Virus record (IMG/VR): IMGVR_UViG_3300042868_009047
Reading direction: 5' to 3' (one strand)
Source: a virus
Lineage: Duplodnaviria; Caudoviricetes
DNA length: 64,000 bases
This document shows, in pieces, positions 1-13,800 of this stretch. The stretch's first letter is position 1. Each line of letters opens with the position of its first letter. The notes beneath the pieces are model-generated. The model saw only the letters and a list, made by a program, of their open reading frames with translations, was not told the origin of the DNA and did not search any database. Both the position numbers and the translations under genes were made by a program.

Positions 1-363
1 TCAGCTTTTATTGGCCTTGGTAGTGGGTTAAGTTGGTTATCTTGGGCTATTGGAACACCTACGGTTCTTATTTCAGGGTTTAGTTATCCTTTATCAGAGT
101 TTGCTGATTGCGAAAGAATTTTTAATCCAGATGTTTGTAACGGATGTTTTAACAGACATTGGTTAAATCCAGGGGATTGGGAATGGTGCCCAGATCATAA
201 AGACACACCAAGACATTTTGAATGTTCTAAAACTATTAAAACTCAAACAGTTATAGACGCTGTTGATAGACTTTTAAGTAAAAAAGAAGAGATTATTCAA
301 GAAGTTACTGAAGAGGTCTTAGAAAAAAAAGAGAAAAAAAGTTTTTTTGGTAAGTTTTTTTAG
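1..363 (+). CDS. 3' end of an autotransporter-type O-heptosyltransferase-like glycosyltransferase (GT9, TibC/Aah-like); partial, runs off the window
   Basis: Not in the ORF track. Frame 1 reads SAFIGLGSGLSWLSWAIGTPTVLISGFSYPLSEFADCERIFNPDVCNGCFN..WEWCPDHKDTPRHFECSKTI and ends at TAG 361-363. It has the GT9 'GxxSGLSWLxWA..P.VLISGF' motif and a four-Cys cluster like the iron-binding Cys set of TibC. Confidence 0.72.
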   Translation, partial: SAFIGLGSGLSWLSWAIGTPTVLISGFSYPLSEFADCERIFNPDVCNGCFNRHWLNPGDWEWCPDHKDTPRHFECSKTIKTQTVIDAVDRLLSKKEEIIQEVTEEVLEKKEKKSFFGKFF

Positions 364-364
364 G

Positions 365-372
365 TATATTTG
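365..372 (+). promoter_or_regulatory. Bacteroidota-type -7 promoter element (TATATTTG)
   Basis: Matches TAnnTTTG, 27 nt upstream of the ATG at 400. Confidence 0.5.
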
Positions 373-399
373 TTGCTATAATGTAAGATAGCAACAACT

Positions 400-969
400 A
401 TGTTTTATAAATATGATGAAAAACAACTCAGATTTGTTAAGAACAAACTGGGTATAAGAATAGCATTGGGAACCACCATTTTATTGATGGTTGGTTCCTT
501 TTTTCTTGGCAGGTATTTCCAATCAGATGCGTTGGATAATATTGAAAATGAGGTTAAAATAGTTAACCTTCAAAAAGAAAAAGATAAATTTTCAAAAGAA
601 AGATTTATTAGTGAATTAAAAAACAAAAAGGTTAAATTCCCTTACATCGTAATGGCCCAGGCTATTATGGAAAGTGGTTTGGGTAAAAGCAATTTATTTA
701 AAGAAAACCATAATTTGTTTGGGATGCGTTTGGCTAGAAGTAGGATGACAACTGCCGCAGAATCAAAAAATAATTTTGCTTATTATAATAAGTGGCAAGA
801 TTGTGTGTTGGATATGGCTTATTTCCAAGCTTCTTATTTAAACGGAATTAACACCGAAGAAAAATACCTACTATATTTAGGTGCTAATTATGCAGAATCA
901 CCAACTTACATAACAAAATTAAAAAGTGTTATAAACAATCAAAATCTAAAATCGTATTTTAATGAGTAA
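400..969 (+). CDS. GH73 glucosaminidase-family peptidoglycan hydrolase with N-terminal membrane anchor
   Basis: Motifs AQAIMESGLGKS, NHNLFGM, YxxWQDCVxD and YAESPTYITKL. Hydrophobic helix IALGTTILLMVGSFFLG near the N-terminus. Confidence 0.8.
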   Translation: MFYKYDEKQLRFVKNKLGIRIALGTTILLMVGSFFLGRYFQSDALDNIENEVKIVNLQKEKDKFSKERFISELKNKKVKFPYIVMAQAIMESGLGKSNLFKENHNLFGMRLARSRMTTAAESKNNFAYYNKWQDCVLDMAYFQASYLNGINTEEKYLLYLGANYAESPTYITKLKSVINNQNLKSYFNE

Positions 970-1795
970 AGAAAAATTAAAAGATATACTCTCCACCCCA
1001 ACTTATTGTGGGCAAGAACAATATCTTATAGCGAAAATAACAAGATATCTTAGTGAAAGTAATTTAGATTATGTTGTTGATGAACATGGCAATATCTATG
1101 TAACAAAGGGTGTTGCTGATCACTACCCTTGTATTGTTGCCCATACAGATTCAGTCCATAGGATTGTTGAAATGGATATTCTTGAACGTGAGGATGATGA
1201 GGATATTTTATACGCTGTTGAAAAGGGTACAAATAAAAGAACTGGGTGTGGCGGGGATAATAAGGCTGGTGTATACGTTTGCTTGGAATTACTTGAACGT
1301 GTTGAGATTCTTAAAGCCGCTTTTTTTGTTTCAGAAGAATATGGTTGCTTTGGTTCAATACTTTCAGATGAGACATTCTTTGAAAACGTTGGATACACAC
1401 TTCAATTTGATGCACCAGAAAATGATTGGGTAACCCATTATTGTAATGGTGTTAAACTATTTGATGAGGAAGGTGATTTTTATAAAACAATCCAACCAAT
1501 ACTAGAAGATTACATGGGTGATTATTCTTTGGGTAGACACCCGTACACAGACGTAAGCGTTTTAGGAGCTTTTCATGACTTTTCTTGTATCAACTATTCA
1601 GTTGGTTATTACAACATGCATTCAAACATGGAGTATGTCAGCGTTGGTTTTACACAACAAGCCAAAAATATCGCTTTAGAGATCATTTCATCCCTGGGTA
1701 ATATAAAGTATCCGTTTATAGATGAAACCGTCAGAATCGACAAAGAAAAGGCCAGAGAGAGGGCTTTAAAATCACTTAATGGTTTAAGAAAATAA
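962..1795 (+). CDS. M28/M42-clan zinc peptidase
   Basis: Metal and catalytic motifs VAHTDSVH, GGDNKAG, FVSEEYGCFGS, QFD, YTD and YYNMHSNME. Confidence 0.8.
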   Translation: MSKEKLKDILSTPTYCGQEQYLIAKITRYLSESNLDYVVDEHGNIYVTKGVADHYPCIVAHTDSVHRIVEMDILEREDDEDILYAVEKGTNKRTGCGGDNKAGVYVCLELLERVEILKAAFFVSEEYGCFGSILSDETFFENVGYTLQFDAPENDWVTHYCNGVKLFDEEGDFYKTIQPILEDYMGDYSLGRHPYTDVSVLGAFHDFSCINYSVGYYNMHSNMEYVSVGFTQQAKNIALEIISSLGNIKYPFIDETVRIDKEKARERALKSLNGLRK

Positions 1796-1821
1796 AAAAA
1801 GGGGTTTTAAACCCCTTTCTT
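1796..1821. terminator. Bidirectional intrinsic terminator between convergent genes
   Basis: A-tract, GGGGT/ACCCC hairpin, T-rich tail. Confidence 0.7.
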
Positions 1822-1826
1822 ATTTA

Positions 1827-4800
1827 TTATTTTTTTAAATCTTGGATTTCTTTGTCAAGATCTTTTATTGCTTCAATAAGTAGACCAACCAAGTTTGAGT
1901 AAGCTACCCCTAAGTATCCGTCAGATTCTCTTGTTGATATAACCTCTGGGATAACTTTTTGAACTTCTTGTGCAATAACACCCATTTTCAATGATTTGTC
2001 CTCAACGTCATTTCTCGTATAGTTAACACCTCTCATACTTCTAACTTTATTCAAAGCATCGCTAATTGTAACAACATTATCCTTAACTCTTTCATCTGAG
2101 AATGCAATAACATCAGCAGAAGCGTAGATAGTACCACTAACATCCAATGTATATGATGGTGAGGCATTGTTAATACCAAGTCTGTTACTAGTTGTATCAA
2201 CTTTCAAGAAGCTTACACTTTGTACTTGTGTTGCACTTGTTGTTCTAACCAAGTAGTCAGGTTGGTTTGTGAATGAACCACCACTGATACCAGATGTACC
2301 ATTAATAGATTGACCACTTGTTCCAGCAACACCTGTAGTACCATTTGTACCGTTAGCGCCTGATAAACCACCTGCACCGTTGTTACCATTGTTACCAGCT
2401 GCACCATTTGTACCGTTAGAACCATTTACACCTGATAAACCACCTGCACCGTTGTTACCGTTGTTACCAGCTGCACCATTTGTACCGTTAGAACCATTTA
2501 CACCTGATAAACCACCTGCACCGTTGTTACCATTGTTACCAGCAACACCTGAAGTACCGTTTGCACCGTTGTTACCGTTGTTACCAGCTGCACCATTTGT
2601 ACCATTTGAGCCGTTAACACCCGAAACACCACTATTACCATTACCACCGTTAAGACCATTAGCACCACCAGTACCTGTAGAACCATTAGTTCCACTTACA
2701 CCTGAGACACCACCAAGACCAACACCACCATTGTTACCGTTAGTACCGTTTGAACCATTTGAACCTGATAGACCTGATAAACCAGAGTTACCATTGTTAC
2801 CGTTGTTACCTGAAGTTCCGTTAGTACCAGTTGAACCTGAAGAACCAGAAAGTTGACTTATACCTGAAGGAACAGGTAAACCGTTTGTACCACCAGTGCC
2901 CGATGAACCTGAAGAACCACTCACCGCTGAATTACCATTACCACCAGCATTACCATTATTACCAGTTGTACCATTTGTACCTGTTGATCCTGATAGGCCT
3001 GAATTACCACTGTTACCATTAGCACCGTTGTTACCATTTGTACCAGCAGTTCCGTTAGAACCTGAAATACCACTTAAACCACTTACACCATTTCCACCAC
3101 TAGCACCTGATGTACCAGCTGTTCCGTTAGAACCTGATAGACCAGAATTACCTGAGTTACCGTTAGCACCATTATTACCGTTTGTACCATTTGTACCAGT
3201 CGATCCTGAAGAACCGCTCAATCTTGATAAACCAATAGCACCAGCATTACCTGTAGTACCGCTTGTACCTGTAGATCCAGAAGAACCAGATAAACCACTT
3301 ACACCATTTCCAGCACTAGCACCTGATGTACCAGCTGTTCCGTTAGAACCTGAAATACCACTTAAACCACTTACACCATTAGCACCATTGTTACCGTTAG
3401 TACCGTTTGATCCATTGGTCCCACTTAATCCAGAGTTACCTGAGTTACCGCTGTTACCATTGTTACCTGAAGTTCCGTTAGTACCAGTTGAACCTGAAGA
3501 ACCACTCAATCTTGATAAACCAATAGTACCAGCATTACCTGAAGTACCATTTGTACCTGAAGATCCTGAAGAACCAGAAAGTTGACTTATACCTGAAGGA
3601 ACAGGTAAACCGTTTGTACCACCAGTGCCCGATGAACCTGAAGAACCACTCACCGCTGAATTACCATTACCACCAGCATTACCTGTAGTACCTGTAGAAC
3701 CTGTTGACCCTGAAGTACCTGATAGGCCTGAATTACCGTTTCCACCAGCATTACCATTTGTACCATTTGAACCATTTGAACCTGATAAACCTGATAAACC
3801 ACTAACACCATTTCCACCACTAGCACCTGATGTACCAGCTGTTCCGTTAGAACCCGATAAACCAGATAAACCACTTACACCATTAGCACCATTGTTACCA
3901 TTTGTACCTGTAGATCCATTTGTTCCACTTAATCCAGAGTTACCGCTGTTACCGTTGTTACCTGTAGTTCCGTTAGTACCAGTTGATCCTGAAGATCCAC
4001 TATTAGCTGAAGCACCGATGTTACCAGCATTACCATTTGTACCGTTTGTACCTGTTGATCCTGAAGAACCAGAAAGTTGACTTATACCTGAAGGAACAGG
4101 TAAACCGTTTGTACCAGCAGTACCAGTCGAACCAGAGGTACCACTCACCGCTGAGTTACCATTAGCACCAGCATTACCTGTAGTACCATTTGTACCTGTT
4201 GATCCTGAAGAACCACTATTAGCACTTGCACCAATGTTACCAGCATTACCTGAAGTACCATTAGAACCTGAAGTTGCTGAAGAACCACTTAATCGTGATG
4301 AACCTGAAGCACCCGCAGTACCTGAAGAACCAGAAGAACCAGAAGTTCCTGAAGAACCACCCAAACCACTATTACCAGCAGTTCCTGAAGAACCACTTGT
4401 TCCTGAAAGAGCGCTAATACCATTTAATCCAGCCACACCACCTGTACCGTTAGAACCAGTAGAACCAGATGAACCACTTAAAGCCGAAGCTCCGATGTTA
4501 CCCGCATTACCCGATGTACCGTTAGAACCTGTTGAACCAGCAGAACCGCTTAAACCAGATGTTCCGCTAAATCCTGATTGACCTCTAAACCCTGTTGTTC
4601 CTGTTGTTCCTTCCGTACCTGAAGAACCTGAAGAACCAGCTAATCCTGAAGTCGCTGAAGAACCAGAAGTTCCAGAAGAACCTGACAATCCACTTAAACC
4701 ACTCGTACCATTTGTACCAGTTGATCCTGAAGACGCTGAACTACCAGAGTTAGCTGATAAACCATTACCACCGATTATACCTGTAGTACCATTTGTACCA

Positions 4801-7800
4801 GTTGATCCTGAAGATCCACTATTAGCTGAAGCACCGATGTTACCAGCATTACCATTTGTACCGTTTGTACCAGTTGATCCTGAAGAACCTGATAGAGTAC
4901 TTATACCAGAACCAACAGCTAAACCATTTGTACCAGCAGTACCAGTTGATCCTGAAGAACCTGAAGATGCTGAAGAACCACTTAATTGTGATAAACCTGA
5001 GTTACCAGCAGTTCCGTTTGTACCAGTTGAACCTGAAGAACCAGAAGTTCCTGAAGAACCTGAGTTATTACTAGCACCATTGTTACCAACCGTACCAATT
5101 GTACCTGAAGTTGCTGAAGTACCTGAAGTACCCGCAAAACCTGCTATTCTAGAAATACCGTCAGTACCAGCAGTACCAGTACTACCTGAACTACCTGAAG
5201 TACCACTTGATCTACTCAATGAAGACGCACCATCAGTACCATTTGTTCCAGAAGAACCAGAAGTTCCTGAAGAACCTGACGATCTACTTAAACCTGATGT
5301 ACCATTTGTACCAGTTGATCCTGAAGACGCTGAACTACCAGAGTTAGCTGATAAACCATTACCACCGATTATACCTGTAGTACCATTTGTACCAGTCGAT
5401 CCTGAAGACCCGCTTAATGCACTAGCACCTATATTTCCAGCATTACCTGAAGTACCATTAGAACCAGATGTGCCTGATGAACCTGAGTTATTACTCGCAC
5501 CATTATTACCCGCTGTACCAGTTGAACCTGAAGAACCAGCGGTTCCCGAACTTCTACTTAAACCAGACTGACCATCTGTACCATTTGTTCCTGAAGAACC
5601 AGAAGATCCAGAAGAACCTGACAATCTTGATAAACCAGCGGTACCAGCGGTACCTGTAGAACCGCTAGATGCTGAAGAACCACTTAATTGTGATAAACCT
5701 GAGTTACCAGCAGTTCCGTTTGTACCAGTTGACCCTGAACTACCAGATGTTCCTGAAGATCTACTTAAACTAGATTGACCATCGGTACCATTTGTTCCAG
5801 AAGAACCGCTTGTTCCAGAAGAACCAGAAGACCTACTTAAACCAGCAGTACCATTTGTTCCTGAAGAACCACTTGAACCGCTTGACGCACTTGATCCACT
5901 ATTTGAACTTAAACCTGATGTACCATTCGTACCAGTTGAACCTGAAGAACCTGAAGTTCCTGAGCTTCTACTTAAAGCAGACTGACCATCCGTACCATTT
6001 GTTCCAGAAGAACCTGAAGTTCCTGAAGAACCTGAAGATCTACTTAAACCTGAAGTACCATTTGTTCCTGAAGAACCAGAAGAACCTGAAGAAGCAGAAG
6101 ACCCAGACAATTGTGACAAACCTGAGTTACCTGCTGTACCATTTGTACCAGTTGAACCTGAAGTTGCAGAGCTACCTGAAGTTGAACTTAAACCACTATT
6201 ACCAGCATTACCTGATGTTCCATTTGTACCTGTAGAACCACTTGAACCTGAAGTTCCAGCTGAACCAGAACTTCTACTTAAACCTGATTGACCGTCTGTA
6301 CCAGAAGTACCAGAGGTTCCAGCTGTTGCTGAAGATCCGCTTAATCTTGATAAACCTGATGTACCAACCGTACCATTTGTTCCTGAAGACCCCGAAGATG
6401 CGCTAGAACCACTTAACTGAGATAAACCTGAGTTACCAGCGGTTCCGTTTGTACCAGTAGAACCTGAAGTAGCAGAGCTACCAGAAGATGCTGAAGCACC
6501 TGATAAACCAGATGTACCGTTAGTACCAGTTGATCCTGAAGAACCAGCAGTTCCTGATGACCCAGAACTTCTACTTAATCCAGAAAGACCATCTGTACCT
6601 GACGTACCTGTTGATCCAGAACTACCTGAAGTTCCAGAAGTATCACTTAATGCTGATTGGCCATCAGTTCCAGATGTACCTGAAGTTCCAGCTGTTGCTG
6701 AAGACCCACTTAATCTACTCGAACCGTTTGTACCAGCAGTACCAGTTGTTCCCGATGAACCTGAAGAAGCAGATGAACCACTTAATTGAGACAATCCAGA
6801 ATTACCAGCTGTTCCGTTTGTTCCCGTAGAACCAGAGGTTGCTGATGAACCTGAAGATGCTGACGCACCCGATACACCCGCAGTACCGTCAGTACCTTTA
6901 GAACCACTTGAACCAGATGTTCCTGAAGTTCCTGATGTAACAGATATACCACTATTTGCGGCAACACCTGATGTACCAACTGTACCCGAAGTAGCTGAGC
7001 TACCAGAAGTTCCAGCTGAACCACTATTATTACTTGAACCAACTGTACCATTTGTACCCGTAGAACCTGAAGAACCACTTGTGCCTGAACTTCTACTTAA
7101 AGCAGATGCTCCGTCAGTACCTGAACTACCTGTTGATCCTGAACTACCTGAAGTTCCTGAAGTATCACTTAATGCTGACTGACCATCTGTACCAGAAGTA
7201 CCAGATGTACCAGATGTTGCTGAAGACCCAGACAATCTGCCTAACCCAGATGTACCAATTGTACCCGAAGTAGCTGAGCTACCAGAAGTCGCTGAAGAAC
7301 CAGAGTTAGCTGAAGCACCGTTTGTACCAACTGTTCCAGTTGATCCTGAACTACCTGAAGTACCACTTGATCTACTTAGTGATGATTGGCCATCAGTACC
7401 ATTTGTTCCAGAAGAACCAGATGTTCCAGAAGAACCTGACGATCTACTTAAACCTGAAGTACCATTTGTTCCTGAAGAACCAGAAGATGCGCTTGAACCA
7501 CTTAACTGAGATAAACCCGAGTTACCAGCTGTTCCGTTTGAGCCAGATGTACCTGATGTAGCCGAACTACCAGCTGATCCTGAAGAACCACTTAATTGTG
7601 ATAAACCGTTTGTACCCGCAGTACCTGAAGTAGCAGAAGAACCTGATGTAGCTGAGCTACCACTATTCGCTGAAGCACCATTTGTACCGTTCGTACCAGT
7701 ACTACCAGAAGAACCAGATGTTCCTGAAGACCTACTCAATGAAGACGCACCATCCGTACCATTTGTTCCAGAAGAACCAGAAGTTCCTGAAGAACCTGAC

Positions 7801-10800
7801 GATCTACTTAAACCGCTTGTTCCGTTTGTTCCTGAAGAACCTGAAGATGCTGAAGACCCAGACAATTGTGACAAACCTGAGTTACCAGCTGTACCACTTG
7901 AACCAGAAGTTCCTGAAGTTGCTGAAGATCCCGAAGAACCACTTAACGCTGAAGAACCAACTGTACCTGCTGAACCTGAAGTTGCTGATGTACCAGAAGT
8001 TCCTGAAGAACCACTATTTGCACTAGCACCATTTGTACCAGTGGTACCAGTTGATCCTGAACTACCACTTGTACCTGAACTTCTACTTAAAGCAGAAGCA
8101 CCATCTGTACCATTTGTTCCTGAAGACCCAGAAGTTCCAGAAGAACCCGAAGATCTACTCAAACCAGAAGTACCGTTAGTACCACTTGATCCTGAAGTTG
8201 CCGAAGAACCACTTAATTGTGATAAACCTGAAGCACCCGCAGTACCGTTTGTACCTGTAGATCCGCTTGATCCTGATGTTCCAGCTGAACCAGAACTTCT
8301 ACTTAAACCTGATTGACCATCAGTTCCTGAAGTACCAGTCGATCCTGAAGAACCAGATGTACCTGAAGTATCACTTAATGCTGATTGGCCATCAGTACCT
8401 GAGGTACCCGATGTACCAGCTGTTGCTGAAGAACCTGACAATCTTGATGAACCGTTTGTACCAGCGGTACCAGTTGTTCCTGAAGAACCACTTGATGCGC
8501 TTGACCCACTTAATTGTGACAATCCCGATAAACCAGCAGTACCATTTGTACCCGTAGAACCTGAAGACGCTGAAGTACCGCTCGATCCACTATTTGCGGA
8601 TTGACCACTTGTACCAGCGCTACCTGAAGATGCTGATGAACCTGATGAACCTGATGTTCCTGAAGTTGCACTTGATCCAGCACTACCTGAAGATCCGCTT
8701 AACTGAGACAATCCTGATGTACCAACCGTTCCTGATGTTGCTGAAGAGCCTGATGTAGCTGAGCTACCTGAGTTAGCTGAAGCACCTGAAGTTCCGTTAG
8801 AACCTGTAGATCCTGAAGAACCAGATGTTCCGCTTGATCTACTTAATGATGATTGGCCATCAGTTCCTGAAGTACCAGTTGAACCTGATGAACCAGAAGT
8901 TCCTGAAGTATCACTTAACGCTGATTGACCGTCCGTACCTGAAGTACCTGACGTTCCAGCTGTTGCTGAAGACCCACTTAATCTACCCAATCCTGAGGTA
9001 CCATTTGTACCTGAAGTTGCGGAAGATCCTGAAGTTGCGGAAGAACCACTATTTGCTGAAGCACCTGAAGTTCCGTTAGAACCAGTCGATCCAGAAGAAC
9101 CCGATGTTGCTGAAGAACCAGCAGAACCACTTAACGCTGAAGAACCTGCTGTTCCTGAAGTCCCAGAAGAACCTGCGCTACCAGCTGAACCACTTAACGC
9201 TGAAGAACCAACTGTACCAGACGTACCAGAAGATGCTGATGAACCTGAAGTTCCAGCAGAACCTGAAAGTTGACTTAAACCTGAAGTACCGATTGTACCT
9301 GAAGTAGCTGAGCTACCTGAAGTAGCTGAAGAACCGCTATTTGCGCTAGCACCGTTAGTACCGTTTGTACCTGTACTACCTGAACTACCTGATGTACCAG
9401 AACTTCTACTTAATGAAGACTGACCATCTGTACCATTTGTACCTGAAGAACCCGAAGTTCCTGAAGAACCTGAAGATCTACTCAAACCTGAAGTACCATT
9501 TGTTCCTGAAGAACCGCTAGATGCTGAAGAACCGCTTAATTGAGATAATCCTGAGTTACCAGCTGTTCCATTTGAACCGCTTGTACCAGAAGTCGCTGAA
9601 GAACCAGCAGATCCACTTGAACCACTTAATGAACTTAAACCAGATGTACCCGCAGTACCACTTGTAGCAGAGCTACCAGCTGTTGCTGAAGAACCTGAAT
9701 TAGCAGATGCTCCGTTTGTACCGTTTGTACCCGTAGAACCACTTGAACCAGATGTACCAGAACTTCTACTTAACGCTGATGCACCATCCGTACCCGCTGA
9801 TCCTGAAGAACCAGAAGAACCTGATGTACCACTTGTTGCTGAAGTACCCGCTGAGCCTGAGCTACCACTTAATTGTGATACTCCAGATGTTCCAGCTGTT
9901 CCTGATGTTGCGGAACTACCAGCTGTTGCTGAAGAACCACTATTTGAACTTAATCCTGACGTACCGTTTGTTCCAGTTGATCCTGAAGAACCAGCAGTTC
10001 CTGATGAACCTGAAGATCTACTCAAACCAGATTGTCCGTCAGTTCCTGAAGTTCCCGTAGAACCTGATGATCCAGAAGTTCCTGATGTATCACTTAAAGC
10101 TGACTGACCATCTGTACCAGATGTACCAGAGGTTCCAGCTGTTGCTGAAGATCCGCTTAATCTACCCAATCCTGAGGTACCCGCAGTACCACTTGTAGCT
10201 GAACTACCAGAAGTTGCTGAAGAACCTGAATTTGCACTTGCACCTGAAGTACCAGTAGAACCTGTTGAACCACTTGATGCAGATGTTCCTGAAGAACCAC
10301 TATTTGAAGATAAACCAGATGTACCGTTTGTACCAGTTGATCCTGAAGAACCACTAGAACCTGACGTACCGCTTGATTTACTTAATGCTGAAGCTCCATC
10401 AGTACCAGATGTACCACTTGAACCTGAAGAACCAGATGTACCACTTGTTGCAGATGTTCCAGCAGAACCAGAAGAACCTGATAATTGAGACAATCCAGAT
10501 GTACCAACTGTACCTGAAGTGGCAGATGAACCAGAGGTTGCTGATGAACCGCTATTTGCTGAAGCGCCATTTGTACCGTTTGATCCAGTTGAACCACTTG
10601 AACCAGATGTTCCTGAAGATCTACTTAACGATGATTGACCATCAGTTCCTGAAGTTCCTGTTGATCCTGAAGAACCACTTGTTCCAGAAGTATCGCTTAA
10701 AGCTGATTGGCCATCTGTACCTGAAGTACCTGATGTACCAGCCGTTGCTGAAGAACCTGATAATCTACCTAAACCTGAAGTACCGTTTGTACCTGAAGTT

Positions 10801-13800
10801 GCGGAAGAACCAGATGTAGCTGAACTACCAGAGTTTGCCGATAAACCGCTTGTACCAGCTGATCCTGAAGAACCACTTGTTCCCGCTGTTGCTGAAGAAC
10901 CAGCTGAACCACTAGAACCACTTAACGCTGAAGAACCAACTGTACCTGCCGAACCTGAAGTTGCTGATGTACCGCTTGTTGCAGAAGAGCCACTATTTGA
11001 AGATAAACCAGATGTACCGTTTGTACCTGTTGATCCTGAACTTCCACTTGTACCTGAACTTCTACTTAAAGCAGATGCTCCGTCAGTACCAGCTGATCCT
11101 GAAGAACCACTTGATCCTGATGTACCTGAAGTCGCAGATGTACCAGCAGATCCAGAAGAACCTGAAAGTTGACTTAATCCTGATGTACCAATTGTACCAC
11201 TTGTTGCCGAACTACCAGAAGTTGCAGATGATCCAGAATTAGCACTTAATCCTGATGTTCCAGCTGAACCAGTACTTCCTGAAGAAGCTGATGTACCCGC
11301 TGAACCAGAAGATGCGCTTAAACCACTAGAACCTGATGTTCCTGAAGTCGCAGAAGAACCTGCGCTACCAGCAGAACCGCTTAATGCTGAACTACCTGAA
11401 GTACCAGTTGTACCGCTTGTTGCAGAACTACCAGCTGTTGCTGAAGAACCACTATTCGAACTCAACCCTGAAGTACCGTTTGTACCAGTTGAACCACTTG
11501 AACCAGAAGAACCTGAAGTTCCTGAAGATTTACTTAATGCTGATTGACCATCAGTTCCTGAAGTTCCAGTTGAACCACTTGATCCAGATGTACCAGATGT
11601 ATCACTTGTAGCAGAAACACCATCTGTACCTGAAGTACCTGATGTACCAGCTGTTGCTGAAGAACCGCTTAGTCTTGACAAACCTGAAGTACCGATTGTA
11701 CCTGATGTAGCTGAAGAACCTGAAGTTGCTGATGAACCACTATTTGCGCTAACACCTGATGTACCAGCAGTACCTGTAGATCCAGAAGAACCTGAAGTTG
11801 CTGAACTACCACTTAATGCGCTAGCCCCTGAAGTTCCAGCCGAACCACTTGAACCTGAAGTTGCTGATGTTCCAGCTGAACCAGAACTTGCTGATAGACC
11901 TGAAGACCCTGCGGTTCCTGAAGTTGCTGATGTACCAGCCGAACCTGAACTACCGCTTAATGCTGAGCTACCTGATGTACCAGTTGTACCACTTGTAGCT
12001 GAACTACCGCTTGTTGCAGATGATCCGCTATTAGCCGATAAACCTGAAGTACCATTTGTACCAGTTGATCCTGAAGATCCACTTGATCCAGATGTACCTG
12101 AAGATCTACTTAAACCTGATTGACCATCAGTTCCTGATGTACCTGTAGAACCACTTGATCCAGAAGTTCCTGAAGTATCACTTAACGCTGATTGACCGTC
12201 CGTACCTGAAGTACCTGATGTACCAGCTGTTGCTGAAGACCCACTTAATCTACCCAATCCTGAAGTACCATTTGTACCTGAAGTCGCTGATGAACCACTT
12301 GTTGCTGAGCTACCAGAGTTTGCACTAGCACCTGAAGTACCAGCAGAACCTGTTGATCCTGAAGAACCAGAAGTCGCAGAAGAACCTGCGCTACCACTTA
12401 ACGCTGAACTACCAGAAGTACCTGTTGTTCCAGAAGTAGCAGATGAACCTGCGCTCCCCGAAGATGCGCTCAATCCTGAGCTACCAGCTGTTCCTGAAGT
12501 AGCAGAGCTACCTGAAGTTGCCGAAGATCCGCTTAATTGAGATAAACCATTTGTACCAGCAGTACCAGTTGTACCAGAAGATGCTGATGTACCGCTTGAA
12601 CCACTATTTGCAGCTAAACCTGAGGTACCATTTGTACCAGAAGTTGCTGATGAACCAGAAGAAGCTGAAGTTCCTGAAGAAGCAGATGCTCCTGAAGATC
12701 CATTAGAACCTGATGAACCTGCGGTTCCTGAAGTTGCCGATGAACCAGAAGATGAACTTAATCCTGAAGACCCTGCGGTTCCAGAAGTTGCTGAAGTACC
12801 CGCTGAACCACTCAATGCAGAACTACCAGATGTACCTGTTGTACCTGAAGTTGCTGATGAACCAGAAGTTGCTGAAGAACCCGAGTTAGCGCTTAGGCCT
12901 GACGTACCATTTGTACCAGTTGATCCTGAAGATCCGCTAGAACCAGATGTACCACTTGATTTACTCAATGCAGAAGCACCATCAGTTCCTGAAGTACCAG
13001 TCGATCCTGAAGAACCAGATGTACCTGAAGTATCACTTAAAGCAGATTGACCATCAGTACCTGAGGTACCCGATGTACCAGCTGTTGCTGAAGAACCAGA
13101 CAATCTTGATAAACCTGAAGTACCATTTGTACCTGAAGTAGCAGAAGAACCAGACGATGCCGAAGTTCCTGAGGAAGCTGAAGCTCCTGAAGAACCAGCT
13201 GATCCAGCTGAACCTGATGTTCCAGCTGTTGCTGAAGAACCACTTGAAGCACTTAAACCTGAAGATCCAGCTGTTCCTGAGGTAGCCGAACTACCTGAAG
13301 TTGCTGAAGATCCGCTTAATGCACTTAAACCACTCGTACCATTTGTACCTGAAGTAGCTGAACTACCAGACGATGCTGATGTTCCTGAAGATGCCGAAGC
13401 TCCTGAAGAACCTGATGATCCCGTAGAACCTGCGGTTCCTGATGTTGCTGAACTACCAGAACTTGCACTCAACCCTGATGAACCTGCGGTTCCAGAAGTT
13501 GCTGAAGATCCTGATGTTGCTGAACTACCACTATTTGAAGATAATCCTGATGTACCGTTTGTACCTGATGTAGCTGAGCTACCTGATGTACCTGATGAAC
13601 CAGAACTATTACTATTTCCACTCGAACCTGCGGTCCCTGAAGAAGCTGAACTTCCTGAAGAACCTGATGTACCGCTAGTCGCAGATGATCCACTTGTAGC
13701 AGATGATCCCGAATTAGCAGCCAATCCTGAGGTACCATTTGTACCTGAAGTTGCTGATGAACCAGATGATGCCGAAGTTCCTGAAGAAGCTGAAGCACCT

